A model generated the notes under the pieces. The model searched no databases. It was not told the origin of the DNA and worked only from the letters and a program-made list of their open reading frames with translations. A stretch of 64,000 nucleotides of DNA from assembly GCA_023227985.1 (NCBI GenBank), contig JALOCB010000006.1, positions 2,631 to 66,630 on the forward strand. Reading direction: 5' to 3'. Source of the stretch: Candidatus Omnitrophota bacterium. Lineage in GTDB: Bacteria; Omnitrophota; Gorgyraeia; Gygaellales; Profunditerraquicolaceae. The first letter of the stretch is position 1. Every line of letters begins with the position of its first letter. Below, in pieces: positions 17,802 to 29,203 of the stretch. The position numbers and the translations under genes are program-made.

Positions 17802-18699
17802 TTAAACCTCCTATTGCTTGGCTTATATTATCCGCTAAGCGGACGCTTTCATTTAAAACATCATCCCAATTCTTTGTTTTATCCGGCAAGCCTTGGGCCC
17901 CGGCTGCCGCTCCGCAGGCAAAAACATTTTTCAGGTTAGTACGCAAGTTGGCATCCACGCATACGCCGCCCCCGGATAATTCAATATCCGTGTCTTTTAG
18001 GAAATCTACGGCCGGTTTGGCCGGGCTGTCGAATACAACCACCAAAGAGGCGCCGATGATCTTGCCCTCTTTAAGCTTTATCGCCTGGACCCCGGACTCG
18101 CCGATTATATCAGTCACCTTGCTGTTAATAAACTCCAAATGCTGCATCTGCGCCGGGCCTTCGACAGGCTGTTCGGTCACCGCCTTAACCTCTTTCTGCT
18201 GGCCGGTGATCGCTTTGGCGATCTCTTGCGCCCAGGGATTCCACCCCAGGAAACACACTGTATCCGAAGATAAGAGATATTTGCGCGCCTGTTTAAAATC
18301 GTTTAATGAATCCAACCGGATCACGCCCTCTTTATTTATGCCGGGTATATCCGGCAGCGTTGTTTTAACCCCGGAGCAGATGACCAAAAAGTCATATTCG
18401 GCGTTTCCCCGGGTTTCCTCGTGTTTAAAGTAAACCAGGCGGCGGTTGGTATTAATGCCGTAAACTTTTCTCTCTTTCAGGAATTTTATGTTCTGGCCGG
18501 CGTAATGATCGGCGTTAACAAGGTAAAGCTCTTTTTCTTTGGTCCCGCCTGCCAGATACGCGGGCAGCTTGCGTTTGTCATAACAAGGGGACGGTTCATC
18601 GGTGATCAGGGTTATTTCGCAATCCTTGTTCTTTTGCCGCAAAGAAATAGCCGCTGTATGTCCGGCGATCGACGAACCGATAATAATTATTTTAGGCAT
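17794..18699 (-). CDS. Short FAD-dependent pyridine nucleotide-disulfide oxidoreductase (Nox/CoADR-like, single Cys)
   Basis: N-terminal IIIIGSSIAGHTAA (FAD Rossmann fold). SPCYDKRKLPAY is an SxxxC...LPY-like single redox Cys. A second dinucleotide site is VCFLGWNPWAQEIA. A C-terminal FACGAAAG is present. At 301 aa it lacks the usual dimerisation domain. Confidence 0.6.
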   Translation of the reverse strand: MPKIIIIGSSIAGHTAAISLRQKNKDCEITLITDEPSPCYDKRKLPAYLAGGTKEKELYLVNADHYAGQNIKFLKERKVYGINTNRRLVYFKHEETRGNAEYDFLVICSGVKTTLPDIPGINKEGVIRLDSLNDFKQARKYLLSSDTVCFLGWNPWAQEIAKAITGQQKEVKAVTEQPVEGPAQMQHLEFINSKVTDIIGESGVQAIKLKEGKIIGASLVVVFDSPAKPAVDFLKDTDIELSGGGVCVDANLRTNLKNVFACGAAAGAQGLPDKTKNWDDVLNESVRLADNISQAIGGLNV

Positions 18700-18704
18700 G
18701 TTTA

Positions 18705-19583
18705 TTATAAACCCGCGGCATCCAACACCAGGGGGACTTTTTTATCCCAGCCGATCGGCATTATATGTATCCCCTGGCACATCGGCCGCAATTGTTTGAT
18801 CAGGCGGCTGGCGATAGCCACGGACTGGCTGACTTTATCCTTAGTCTCTTCCATTTCCTTGATCAATTCATCGGGGACAGAGACCCCGGCGACATTCTTG
18901 TTCATAAACCTGGCCATGCCCGCGGACTTCAACAGGACAATGCCCGCCAGGATCGGGACTTTCAGGTGTTTGGTCTTGGAAAGGAAATTCTCAAAGATAC
19001 CCGCATCATATATAGCCTGGGTCTGAAAGAATTCCGCGCCTGCTTCGATCTTTTTTTCCATCTTGATGATCTGCGGCTCGATCGGGTCAGCCCCGGGATT
19101 GACTACCGCGCCTACGCAAAATTCAGGGGCGCTCCCTTCAAGCTTATTGCCGTTCATATCCGCGCCTGCCTGCAACTGTCTGACTACCTGCAAAAGCTGG
19201 ACCGAATCCAGGTCAAATACCGGCTTGGCCTGCGGATGGTCGCCTAATGTCGGATAATCTCCGGTCAGGATCAACAAGTTCTCTATCCCCAATGCAGCGG
19301 CGGAAAGGATATCCGATTGCAAGGCCAAGCGGTTGCGGTCGCGGCAGGTAACCTGGAATACCGGGTCAAATCCTTTTTGCTTGAGCAGGCTGGAAACAGC
19401 CAACGACCCCAGGCGCATTACCGAACTCTGCAGATCAGTCACATTTATCGCGTCAACCCGGGTGCGGATCAACTCCGCGTCTTCCAGCAATTTAACGGTT
19501 TCTATCCCTTTAGGCGGGCCGATCTCGGAAGTAAGAACAAAACTCCCCTGTCTTATCTTTTCTTTAAAGGTCATAAGAAACAC
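18705..19583 (-). CDS. metF: 5,10-methylenetetrahydrofolate reductase
   Basis: 292 aa TIM-barrel MTHFR. Motifs VTCRDRNR, LILTGDYP and the FAD-binding region. Confidence 0.85.
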   Translation of the reverse strand: MFLMTFKEKIRQGSFVLTSEIGPPKGIETVKLLEDAELIRTRVDAINVTDLQSSVMRLGSLAVSSLLKQKGFDPVFQVTCRDRNRLALQSDILSAAALGIENLLILTGDYPTLGDHPQAKPVFDLDSVQLLQVVRQLQAGADMNGNKLEGSAPEFCVGAVVNPGADPIEPQIIKMEKKIEAGAEFFQTQAIYDAGIFENFLSKTKHLKVPILAGIVLLKSAGMARFMNKNVAGVSVPDELIKEMEETKDKVSQSVAIASRLIKQLRPMCQGIHIMPIGWDKKVPLVLDAAGL

Positions 19584-19671
19584 CCCTGTTTATGTTACGG
19601 CTGGTTTCCCGTTCACGCGGGATATTGATTAAGGACTTTATTTTAACCGTAATACGCGTTTTTGTCAAAAA

Positions 19672-20838
19672 TTATTCCTTCAGCCTTAAGCCGGCCACCA
19701 CCTCGAAATGCCCGGTATGCGGGAACATATCCACCGGGATAACCCGCTCCAGCGAATAAGAGCCGCACAAAAGTTTAAGATCTTCCCGCAAAGACATCGG
19801 ATTGCAGGATATATATATGATCCGTTTCAGCCGGATATCCAGAAGGCTCTTCTTGAACTTTTTGCTTAAACCCACGCGCGGAGGGTCAATAACCGCAACC
19901 TGGGCATCTTCAATATAATCGCTTTCCTTAAGTCCGGCGAGGAACGTGTCGGCGTCCAGGCAGGCGAATTCGACATTATCAATTTTATTCAACCTGAGAT
20001 TTTTCTCGGCGTTGGCGATATTGAACGCCGAATTATCGACCCCGATTACCCTGGAAGAATTTCCGGCGAGCTGTAAGGTTATCCCTGCGCTTCCGCAAAA
20101 AATATCCAGGGCCGTGCCCGGCGCGTCTTTTACTTCATCCCGGACCACAGCGTATAACTTTTGGCAGCAATAAGGATTAGTCTGAAAAAAGGTCTTTGGC
20201 CCGATCAGATAATCGATCCCGTTGATGTTTTCCCGGATGTCATCATCTCCGGACAGATGCATCAATTCATCGGTGAGGGCTTTATCCGATAATAATTTAT
20301 TGAAGCAAAGATAGACCGACCGGACATCCGCCGCGGACATTAAGCGTTCGGCCAGAGCAAAGAATTTATTTTTTTCTTTGTCAAAATCCTCCCTGGTCAG
20401 GGCAACGGTTATTACCGCCATTATTGAGCCGTAAGCTTTCGAATGCCGCAAGGAAATATACCTTAACTCACCCGAAGATGTGCGCAGGTCATAAGGAATA
20501 ACTCGGAAGTCTTTTATCCACAGCTTACAGGCATCGAATATCCGGTCAAGCCCCTCTATAAATACACGGCATTCTTTCAGGTCGATGATCTGGGAGAATT
20601 TGGCTTTCTCTCTCTGCCCTATTATCGCTCCGGAGCTGTCCCGGGAGAATACGAATTCCATCTTATTGCGGAAATACCAGATCGGCTGCGAAGGGATTAT
20701 CTCTTTTATTTCGCCGGGGTTAAAACAGGCGAGGAGATTACGGCAATATTTTTCCTTGAATTGGAGCTGTTTCTCATAATCCTGATCCTGCGAATCGCAG
20801 CCTCCGCAGGAATTAAAATGCCGGCAGATATCTCGCAT
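19672..20838 (-). CDS. 23S rRNA (uracil-5-)-methyltransferase, RlmC/RumA family (no TRAM domain)
   Basis: The N-terminal 4Fe-4S cysteines are CRHFNSCGGC. The SAM-MTase core has DIFCGSAGITL, with the catalytic region (ISCNP) near the C-terminus. Confidence 0.75.
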   Translation of the reverse strand: MRDICRHFNSCGGCDSQDQDYEKQLQFKEKYCRNLLACFNPGEIKEIIPSQPIWYFRNKMEFVFSRDSSGAIIGQREKAKFSQIIDLKECRVFIEGLDRIFDACKLWIKDFRVIPYDLRTSSGELRYISLRHSKAYGSIMAVITVALTREDFDKEKNKFFALAERLMSAADVRSVYLCFNKLLSDKALTDELMHLSGDDDIRENINGIDYLIGPKTFFQTNPYCCQKLYAVVRDEVKDAPGTALDIFCGSAGITLQLAGNSSRVIGVDNSAFNIANAEKNLRLNKIDNVEFACLDADTFLAGLKESDYIEDAQVAVIDPPRVGLSKKFKKSLLDIRLKRIIYISCNPMSLREDLKLLCGSYSLERVIPVDMFPHTGHFEVVAGLRLKE

Positions 20839-21007
20839 AAAACTGACCTTACCATTTTTTAAAGATAACGGGAACCTCCAGGGGGATCACATCCTGGATG
20901 GTTTTAACTGCGTGGCGGATAACTGGCAGGAACCGATACGGTTAGCCGGGGCATAGGAGCAGTATTCAGCCAGCGCTATCATACATCTGGCCATTATAGC
21001 AGTATAC

Positions 21008-21844
21008 TTAAAGTTTTGCCGCTTCCACCAGGTTGCGCATAAGCATGGTAACGGTCAAAGGCCCTACCCCTCCCGGCACAGGAGTGATCCAGGAAGCGCG
21101 TTTCTGGGCCTCATCGAACTCCACGTCTCCGACGATCTTATCCCCGACCCGGTTTATGCCGACATCTATGACCACCGCGCCCTCTTTTATCCATTCGCCC
21201 TTGATCAATCCGGCCTTGCCCACCGCGACAATAAGGACCTCGGCGCTCTTGACATGCTCCTCTAATTTACCGGCCTTGGCCGTGCCGATATGGCAGACCG
21301 TTACCGTGGCCAGCTTTTCCAGCAGCAGCAGGCTTAAAGGCTTGCCGACTATCTCGCTGTGCCCGACAATAACAACTTCCTTCCCGGCGAGATCCAGGCC
21401 GGTGGCGCTCAATAATTCCATAACCGCGTTGGCGGTGCAAGGCACTATCCTGGCTTTGCCGAATACGATCTTGCCCATGTTCGCCGGATGCATCCCTTCC
21501 ACGTCTTTATCCGCAGAGATGAAGCCGCTGATCTTCTTATAATCCATATGCAAAGGCAGAGGCATCTGCACGATTATGCCGTTCACCGCCGGATCATTAT
21601 TAAGATTTCCTATATACTCAATGAGTTTTCCTTCGGTAGCCTGGCTATCCAGTTTGTGCAGCTGGTAATCGACGCCTAAAAGCTCGGCGTTCTTCTTCTG
21701 CGACTTTATATATGATTCCGCGGCCGGATTCTCCCCTACCTGCACGCTGGCCAGCTGAGCCTTTTTTCCCGAGCCCAGGATCTTCTGTTTGATACTCTCT
21801 TTTATTTTTTCCGCGATCGGCTTACCCTCTAATAATTTTGCCAA
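21008..21844 (-). CDS. folD: Bifunctional methylene-THF dehydrogenase / methenyl-THF cyclohydrolase
   Basis: 278 aa. Motifs GIIVQMPLP, the HIGTAK/VIVGHSEIVGKP NAD(P) site, and PVPGGVGPLT. Confidence 0.9.
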   Translation of the reverse strand: MAKLLEGKPIAEKIKESIKQKILGSGKKAQLASVQVGENPAAESYIKSQKKNAELLGVDYQLHKLDSQATEGKLIEYIGNLNNDPAVNGIIVQMPLPLHMDYKKISGFISADKDVEGMHPANMGKIVFGKARIVPCTANAVMELLSATGLDLAGKEVVIVGHSEIVGKPLSLLLLEKLATVTVCHIGTAKAGKLEEHVKSAEVLIVAVGKAGLIKGEWIKEGAVVIDVGINRVGDKIVGDVEFDEAQKRASWITPVPGGVGPLTVTMLMRNLVEAAKL

Positions 21845-22379
21845 CTTTAACCTCCATCTGCTGTCTGATTTTTCTCACAACCTTACCCTTTTCGTCCAGC
21901 TCTTTCCTGATCCCCTTTGCCAGTTCCGGGTCGTTAAGATATTTAAGGTTTATATCCACATTGACATACGCGCTGAAAAAAGCCGACTCCAGCAATACCG
22001 CTGCCACCGCCACGTCGCTGATCAGGTTCTGATTGCTCTTTCCCAATATAAGCGGGCAGATATCTATCGCCTCAAAACAAAGCCGGCAGACCATAAGCGG
22101 CACATCCATGGATTTCCGCAGATCCTTGCTGCTATAGGCGGTAACATCCAGATCGACAAGATGCAGGAATTCCAAACGCAGTTTTTCGGATTTATCCAGG
22201 CACTTCTTAAGCTGGCTTTCATATTCGGCGTATTTCGGCTTGCCCACGGTGAAATTAAGCACCATGCTGATCAAAGCTGATCCTAAAGCCGCGCTCATCG
22301 CTGCGGCGGATCCGCCTCCGGGAGCGGGTAATTTCCCAGCCAGATCATCCAGGTATTTTTTAAGGTGATTTCCGTACAT
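21822..22379 (-). CDS. fchA: Cyclodeaminase/cyclohydrolase family protein (FtcD C-terminal-like; methenyl-THF cyclohydrolase FchA-like)
   Basis: 185 aa, all-helical. PAPGGGSAAAMSAALGSAL is the typical motif of the formimidoyl-THF cyclodeaminase family. Lies immediately upstream of folD and overlaps it. Confidence 0.7.
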   Translation of the reverse strand: MYGNHLKKYLDDLAGKLPAPGGGSAAAMSAALGSALISMVLNFTVGKPKYAEYESQLKKCLDKSEKLRLEFLHLVDLDVTAYSSKDLRKSMDVPLMVCRLCFEAIDICPLILGKSNQNLISDVAVAAVLLESAFFSAYVNVDINLKYLNDPELAKGIRKELDEKGKVVRKIRQQMEVKVGKIIRG

Positions 22380-22389
22380 TAGGCTCTCC

Positions 22390-22761
22390 TTATATCTCTT
22401 GGATCTCGAACGCGTTCTTGAGCAGCTCTGTTTTCCAGGAGCCTTGGAACGGGCTTACTGAAACGACATCGAACCTGGCCCCGGCATCTAAAAGTCCTTT
22501 TTCTTTCAGGAAAAGCGTCGCGGCCCGGTATATCTTGCCTTGCTTGCGCCTGTCTATAGCCTCTGCCGGCTCTCCAAACCAGCCGGATAAGCGGGTCTTT
22601 ACCTCAACAAAACAAAACGTATCCTTATCCCGGGCGATAATATCGATCTCGGCGGACATGGTCCGGTAATTCCTGGCCAGGATCTTGTAGCCTTTACGCT
22701 TCAGGAACCTGACCGCCTCATCTTCGCCCTGACGGCCTAAGAGGATATTTTCTTTAGACAC
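22390..22761 (-). CDS. yraN: YraN/UPF0102 family endonuclease
   Basis: 123 aa. Motif GEIDIIA...FVEVK. Confidence 0.7.
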   Translation of the reverse strand: MSKENILLGRQGEDEAVRFLKRKGYKILARNYRTMSAEIDIIARDKDTFCFVEVKTRLSGWFGEPAEAIDRRKQGKIYRAATLFLKEKGLLDAGARFDVVSVSPFQGSWKTELLKNAFEIQEI

Positions 22762-23380
22762 CGGAAAAAGTAGCTCTGTGAATTACGGACTTACCGTATT
22801 TCTTTAATGCGTTCCTGTGGGCCTGCGTAGGATAACCCTTGTGCCGTGAAAACCCGTATTGCGGGAAGGTTTTATCGTATATCCTCATGATCCTGTCCCG
22901 GGTAACTTTTGCCAGGATCGACGCGCTGGCTATGCTCAGGGATTTGGAGTCCCCTTTGATTATGTCGGTGAAAGGAAATCCTATCTTCAATTTGACTAAC
23001 CCATCCACCAGGATATGCACGCGGCCGGGCTCAACCCCGGGCATTTTAGCAAACAGCCCATTAATAGCCTGTTCCATGGCCAAACGGGTGGCTTCCAGGA
23101 TATTGACCCGGTCAATGACCTTTTCGTTCATTATACCGATACCGGATACGGATTTTTCAATGATCTCGGGAAAAGCCTTTTCGCGCTGCAGGCAGGTCAA
23201 TTTCTTGGAATCGTCAATGCGGTTATTGAAAGATGAGGTCTTTAGAAAAACCGCCGCCGCGACTACCGGGCCGGCCAGAGGGCCCCTTCCCGCCTCATCC
23301 ACCCCGATAACCAGGTCCCTGCCTTGTCCCTTAAACTTGCGTTCGTAATAAAGCATATGGCCGGCAGCGCATAAACACAC
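22754..23380 (-). CDS. rnhB: Ribonuclease HII
   Basis: The metal-site motif is GVDEAGRGPLAGPVV. The likely true start is the internal Met at about 23356. Confidence 0.88.
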   Translation of the reverse strand: MCLCAAGHMLYYERKFKGQGRDLVIGVDEAGRGPLAGPVVAAAVFLKTSSFNNRIDDSKKLTCLQREKAFPEIIEKSVSGIGIMNEKVIDRVNILEATRLAMEQAINGLFAKMPGVEPGRVHILVDGLVKLKIGFPFTDIIKGDSKSLSIASASILAKVTRDRIMRIYDKTFPQYGFSRHKGYPTQAHRNALKKYGKSVIHRATFSGV

Positions 23381-23425
23381 ACAAAGATATCCCCACAGCT
23401 TGGATGTAGCGCAGAAAGCGCGGGA

Positions 23426-23785
23426 TTATTTAGCCTTAACTTCCACTGATTTTATCTTCGAGGCGCGTTTTCCAACTTTATTCCTCAGGTAATAAAGCTT
23501 GGCCCGCTTTATCTTTCCTTTTCTTAAGAGCTCGATGCGTTCGATCACCGCGGAATGCAGGAAAAATTTAAGCTCTACGCCTTCTCCCACAGAAACCTTC
23601 CTTACGGTAAAACTGCTCTTGGTCCCGTTGCCTTTCTTGGCGATGACTATGCCCTCAAAAGGATGCAGCCTGATCTTATCACCTTCCGGGATCCGGGTCA
23701 TGATCTTGATCGTATCCCCGACGTTAAAATCCGGGTGTTTCTTTTTGCTCAAATAAGCCTGTTCGACAAGTTTGATCTTATCCAT
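23426..23785 (-). CDS. rplS: 50S ribosomal protein L19
   Basis: 119 aa. [11 protein letters not shown]...[15 protein letters not shown] is conserved L19 sequence. Confidence 0.92.
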   Translation of the reverse strand: MDKIKLVEQAYLSKKKHPDFNVGDTIKIMTRIPEGDKIRLHPFEGIVIAKKGNGTKSSFTVRKVSVGEGVELKFFLHSAVIERIELLRKGKIKRAKLYYLRNKVGKRASKIKSVEVKAK

Positions 23786-24500
23786 TTTTAAGGTTCCTTT
23801 CCGTTTTATTGGTTTTTATTTTTTTTAACAAATCCGGCCTGCGTTTTTTCGTTTTCTTGAGCGCCTCGAGCTTGCGCCACTCGGCGATCTTCTTATGGTC
23901 TCCTGACAAAAGCAGCGCAGGGACCTTCATCCCCCGGAAATCAGCCGGCCTGGTATACTGGGGATACTCTAATAGATTACCTTCAAATGACTCAAAATTC
24001 AAGGAATTTTTATCACCCAGGACCCCGGGGACCAGCCGCACCACCGAATCCACCAGGACCATAGCCGGAAGTTCTCCTCCGGTAAGGACATAATCCCCGA
24101 TAGATATCTCTTCATCGGCCAGATCGGTCTTGACCCGCTCATCCACCCCTTCATAATGCCCGCAAATCAGGATAAGATGGCCGCAGGCCGATAATTCCCT
24201 GGCTTTAGGCTGGTCAAAAGTCCGCCCCTGCGGGCACAATAGGATCACTTTTGCCTTCTTATTCCGGCTTACCGCTCTTATCTTGCGAACTGCCGCGAAT
24301 ATCGGCTCAGGGCCCATAACCATACCGGAGCCGCCGCCAAAAGGCCGGTCATCCACCTTGGAATGCTTATCCGCGGAATAATCCCGCAGGTCGTGGATAT
24401 GGATCTTTACCCTGCCTTTTTCCTGGGCCCGTTTGACCATAGACTCGTTCAGGACAGGCGCAAACATGCCCGGAAATATAGTGATGATATCGATCCTCAT
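23778..24500 (-). CDS. trmD: tRNA (guanine37-N1)-methyltransferase
   Basis: [13 protein letters not shown] start. SPOUT knot with [10 protein letters not shown]. The conserved trmD-rplS order is kept. Confidence 0.92.
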   Translation of the reverse strand: MRIDIITIFPGMFAPVLNESMVKRAQEKGRVKIHIHDLRDYSADKHSKVDDRPFGGGSGMVMGPEPIFAAVRKIRAVSRNKKAKVILLCPQGRTFDQPKARELSACGHLILICGHYEGVDERVKTDLADEEISIGDYVLTGGELPAMVLVDSVVRLVPGVLGDKNSLNFESFEGNLLEYPQYTRPADFRGMKVPALLLSGDHKKIAEWRKLEALKKTKKRRPDLLKKIKTNKTERNLKNG

Positions 24501-24518
24501 CTTCTCAGTCCGCTTATC

Positions 24519-25652
<1,134 letters not shown>

Positions 25653-25683
25653 CTAATTAAAGGATATATGTTAACATAAAATC

Positions 25684-26724
25684 ATGTTAAACAAAATAAA
25701 AAATACTGTGGAAGAAGCGCTGAAAAAGCATGTAAGCGATATGGACGGCATTTACCCTTTCAAACGGCTCTCTCCTCTGCTTGGCGAAAGCATAAAAGAA
25801 TACATCGCCAGACCCGGAAAAAGGGTCAGGCCGATGCTTTTTGTCCTGGGATACCTTGCCTTTGCCAAAAAACCCGCTTCCGGGCTGTACCAAAGCGCCC
25901 TCTCGATCGAACTGCTTCACGACTTTATGCTCATCCACGATGATATAATCGATAAATCCGATTCCCGCAGAGGCAGGCCTTCAATGCATAAAATGCTGAA
26001 TAACCGGTTAAGGCTGGATAAAAGCGTTAAATTCAACGGCCAGGACCTGGCGATCGTCGTGGGGGATATCATTTACGCTATGGCCATAAAGAGCTTTTTA
26101 TCCATCAAAGAAAACCCGGTAAGGAAAGAAAAGGCCCTGAATAAACTGTTGGACGCCGTTCTTTATACCGGCGCAGGCCAGTTCATCGAGATAATTTACG
26201 GGATAAAACGGATAGATAAAATAAACAAAAACGACATTTACCGCATATATGACCTGAAGACCGCGTATTATACCTTTGCCTATCCCCTGTCCATAGGCGC
26301 CACCCTGGCCGGAGCTCCGGAAAAACAGATCAAAAAAATATTTGATTACGGTCTTATCCTGGGGCGGGCCTTCCAGATAAAAGACGATATACTGGGGATC
26401 TTCGGCAATGAAGAAGAAACCGGCAAATCATCGCTGACCGACCTGCAGGAAGCCAAAAGGACGCTGCTTATATGGTACGCTTACAATAATTCCCCCAAAA
26501 AAGACAGGTCGCAGATAAGCGCAGTATTTTCCAAGAAAAAAGTGGGCCGGACGGATTTAAGCAGGATGCGACAGATAATACACGGGTCCGGGGCGCTGGC
26601 TTACGCGAAGGGGCAAATATCGACCGCAGCGAAAAAGGCGGATAAGATAATCTCTTCCCTGGGCACCGGGGCGAATATCAAAAAACTGCTATCGGAATTC
26701 TACCGCAACATCCTAAGCCTTTAA
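25684..26724 (+). CDS. Polyprenyl diphosphate synthase (trans-IPPS, FPP/GGPP synthase family)
   Basis: This is the only convincing plus-strand gene. The first Asp-rich motif is LIHDDIIDKSD and the second is FQIKDDILG. Confidence 0.85.
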   Translation: MLNKIKNTVEEALKKHVSDMDGIYPFKRLSPLLGESIKEYIARPGKRVRPMLFVLGYLAFAKKPASGLYQSALSIELLHDFMLIHDDIIDKSDSRRGRPSMHKMLNNRLRLDKSVKFNGQDLAIVVGDIIYAMAIKSFLSIKENPVRKEKALNKLLDAVLYTGAGQFIEIIYGIKRIDKINKNDIYRIYDLKTAYYTFAYPLSIGATLAGAPEKQIKKIFDYGLILGRAFQIKDDILGIFGNEEETGKSSLTDLQEAKRTLLIWYAYNNSPKKDRSQISAVFSKKKVGRTDLSRMRQIIHGSGALAYAKGQISTAAKKADKIISSLGTGANIKKLLSEFYRNILSL

Positions 26725-26730
26725 GCCGGA

Positions 26731-27108
26731 TCAAACGAGGGTATTCTGTTCTATGCAATAAATAAGCTTATCCACGGGAACCGGCTTTGCCAGAAACGGC
26801 CTTCCGGAGATGATCCCATTTTGATCCCTTACTTCTCTTTCCGTAACGATAGCGGTCAAGAATACGATGGGTATGTTCTTCAGATCCTCATCCGATCTGA
26901 GCTTCTGGGATATTTCGCCGCCATCAACATTCGGCATAACGATATCCAAAAGGATCAGGTCAGGCTTGAATTCCTTTACCGTGCGGATGGCATTGACGCT
27001 TTGGCTTTCAGCCCTGACCTCGTATTTGCCGGTTTCCTCCAGGTTCAATTTCACCATCCTGCAAAAACTCTCTTCATCGTCGATTATGAGGATCTTTTTT
27101 CTCGGCAT
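26731..27108 (-). CDS. Single-domain response regulator (receiver only)
   Basis: 125 aa. ILIIDDEE, the phospho-acceptor DLILLDIVMP, and the K in LAKP. Confidence 0.85.
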   Translation of the reverse strand: MPRKKILIIDDEESFCRMVKLNLEETGKYEVRAESQSVNAIRTVKEFKPDLILLDIVMPNVDGGEISQKLRSDEDLKNIPIVFLTAIVTEREVRDQNGIISGRPFLAKPVPVDKLIYCIEQNTLV

Positions 27109-27142
27109 TTTCAGCCTCCCTTTCTCTTAAAGATGCCAAACG

Positions 27143-28408
27143 TTAACCCTGCATACGGAACATAAGCATCGCCTTTATCCCGCCCTCTTTTTTATTCGTT
27201 ATGTCGATCCTTCCCCGGTGCATCTCCATTATATTTTTGACGATAGACAACCCCAGGCCGGTCCCGCCTTTGCCGCGCTTGGTGGTGAAGAACGGGTCAA
27301 AAACTTTGTCAATGATCTCTTGAGGTATCCCTATCCCGGTATCTTCGACCTCGACCAAGACAATTTTTTCTCCCGGCTTAAAGATATCCTCTTTTCTGCG
27401 CCCGGCGCCTCCGGTCATTGCCGGGGCCTTTTCGATGCGCATGCTTATGGTCAGCGTCCCGCCTGAAGGCATAGCGTCCGCCGAGTTCATAAAAAGGTTC
27501 AAAAAAACCTGTTCGATCCTGTTCTTATCGATGTTTATCGGCGGGATGCCCTGCGCAATATCCTCGTTCAACTGGATATGGTTCTTTACAAACTGGTGCT
27601 TTACCAGCAAAAGGGAATTTCCCAGCACTGTTCTCAGGTCATGCGGCGAAACATCCAGTTTGGATAAACTGGCGAAATCCAACAAGCCGGTGATAATATC
27701 ATTGGCCCGCATTACCGCGTCGGTCATGGACTTTAAAGCAAAAGAAATATTCTCGTCATCCAGAGGGACCTTCTTAGTCAGGTATTCAACCCCCTGGCTT
27801 ATTATTGCCAGCGGGTTTTTCACTTCGTGGGCCACGCCGCTGGCCAGGCCGCCAACCACCTGCATCTTAGCCGCCTGGATAAAACGCGACTGGGTTTCCT
27901 GGAGCTCAGAGTAGGCCTGCAACAATTTGGCGTTAGCGCTGGTCAGGTCCGAGGTGCGCAAAGCAACCTGCACTTCCATCTCGGACAAGGCCTTTTTCAA
28001 AGCCTCTTGTATGTGTTTGCGCTCAATAGCGTAACGGATGGCGCGGATAAAATGAAAGACATCCTCCCTGCCCTTGACCAGATAATCCTGCGCGCCGGCC
28101 TGCATCGCCTTGATCGCCGTGGATTCGTCATCAAGCCCGGTAAGCACCAGGACGGGGATCCCGGAAGAACGCGCCTGGACTTTGACCAGCGTGTCAATAC
28201 CTTCGCTGTCAGGAAGAAACAGGTCCAGCAAGACAACATCGATATCGTTTTTTACGAGGCGGTCAAGGGCGGGGGCCAGGCGTTCAAACCATTCTGTTTT
28301 ACAGTCGATCTCGCTTACTTTCGCGAGCATATCCTGTATCAGCCTGGCGACCAAACGGTCATCCTCGATCAAAAGGACCTTAATGCTTATATTCTCTTTA
28401 TCGGCCAT
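27143..28408 (-). CDS. Hybrid REC-histidine kinase (N-terminal receiver, then HisKA and HATPase_c)
   Basis: The receiver domain has VLLIEDD...VLLDLFLPD. The H-box is AHEVKNPL. The G1/G2 boxes are DTGIGIP and GGTGLGLSIV. Confidence 0.88.
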   Translation of the reverse strand: MADKENISIKVLLIEDDRLVARLIQDMLAKVSEIDCKTEWFERLAPALDRLVKNDIDVVLLDLFLPDSEGIDTLVKVQARSSGIPVLVLTGLDDESTAIKAMQAGAQDYLVKGREDVFHFIRAIRYAIERKHIQEALKKALSEMEVQVALRTSDLTSANAKLLQAYSELQETQSRFIQAAKMQVVGGLASGVAHEVKNPLAIISQGVEYLTKKVPLDDENISFALKSMTDAVMRANDIITGLLDFASLSKLDVSPHDLRTVLGNSLLLVKHQFVKNHIQLNEDIAQGIPPINIDKNRIEQVFLNLFMNSADAMPSGGTLTISMRIEKAPAMTGGAGRRKEDIFKPGEKIVLVEVEDTGIGIPQEIIDKVFDPFFTTKRGKGGTGLGLSIVKNIMEMHRGRIDITNKKEGGIKAMLMFRMQG

Positions 28409-28435
28409 AACGACGGGTGCTGCTGAAGGGAGTTA

Positions 28436-29188
28436 TCATTCCAGAAGCGCGGAAACCAGGCATATCCTGACCAGCGCGCAGGTCTCAAGATAATCCAGGT
28501 CAAAAGGCTTAACGATATACTCGCATACCCCGAATTTTTTTGCCTCTTCGAACACGGACTCATCCATTATGCCGGTGATCATGATAACGCCCACTTTGTC
28601 ATCCATCTCCCGGATCCGTTTAAGGGTAAGGAGTCCGTCTATCCCGGGCAATTTCACGTCCAGCAATACCAGGATCGGCTTTTCCGCCTTGAATTTCTCC
28701 AGGCCTTCCTCCCCGCTGGCGGCGGTCACCACGCTAAACCCTTTTTTAGACAAAAAATCGCGGATCAACGAAGATATATTCGGGTCATCATCCACAACCA
28801 GTATCTTTTCCTGGCCGTAGCGTTTATTAGGCTGCAATATCTCGTTAATGGCCTTTACAATGACATCTATGCCCAATGCCTTGCGCAGAAAACCGCTCGC
28901 CCCGGCCAGGCGGGCCCGGCGCTCCAACTCGTCGTCGGCAAAACCGGTCACCATCAACACCTTGGTCTTATGGTCGAAATAACGCAGTTTCTCCAGCAGC
29001 TCGACACCGTCCATATCCGGCATCTTGAAATCCAAAAGCATCAATTCGGGGTTGTGCGTCCGCGCCAATTCCAGGGCCTCTTTGCCGCTATGGGTTGTTA
29101 TCACCTTATAGCCGACTTTGGTCAACGCGTCATAAAGAAGTTCGCGGATCTGAGAATCGTTATCCACCACCAGGATTTTGGATTCCAT
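28436..29188 (-). CDS. Tandem-receiver response regulator (REC-REC)
   Basis: Two complete CheY-like domains: ILVVDND...MLLDFKMPD and ILVVDDD...VLLDVKLPG. Confidence 0.85.
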   Translation of the reverse strand: MESKILVVDNDSQIRELLYDALTKVGYKVITTHSGKEALELARTHNPELMLLDFKMPDMDGVELLEKLRYFDHKTKVLMVTGFADDELERRARLAGASGFLRKALGIDVIVKAINEILQPNKRYGQEKILVVDDDPNISSLIRDFLSKKGFSVVTAASGEEGLEKFKAEKPILVLLDVKLPGIDGLLTLKRIREMDDKVGVIMITGIMDESVFEEAKKFGVCEYIVKPFDLDYLETCALVRICLVSALLE

Positions 29189-29203
29189 ATGCCTTTACGC
29201 TCC

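Noticed and set aside
15618-18433. Plus-strand ORFs of 432, 256 and 228 aa opposite acsB and the oxidoreductase gene
   Set aside because: They are antisense to genes with strong motif support. They have R/H/Q-rich artefactual composition.
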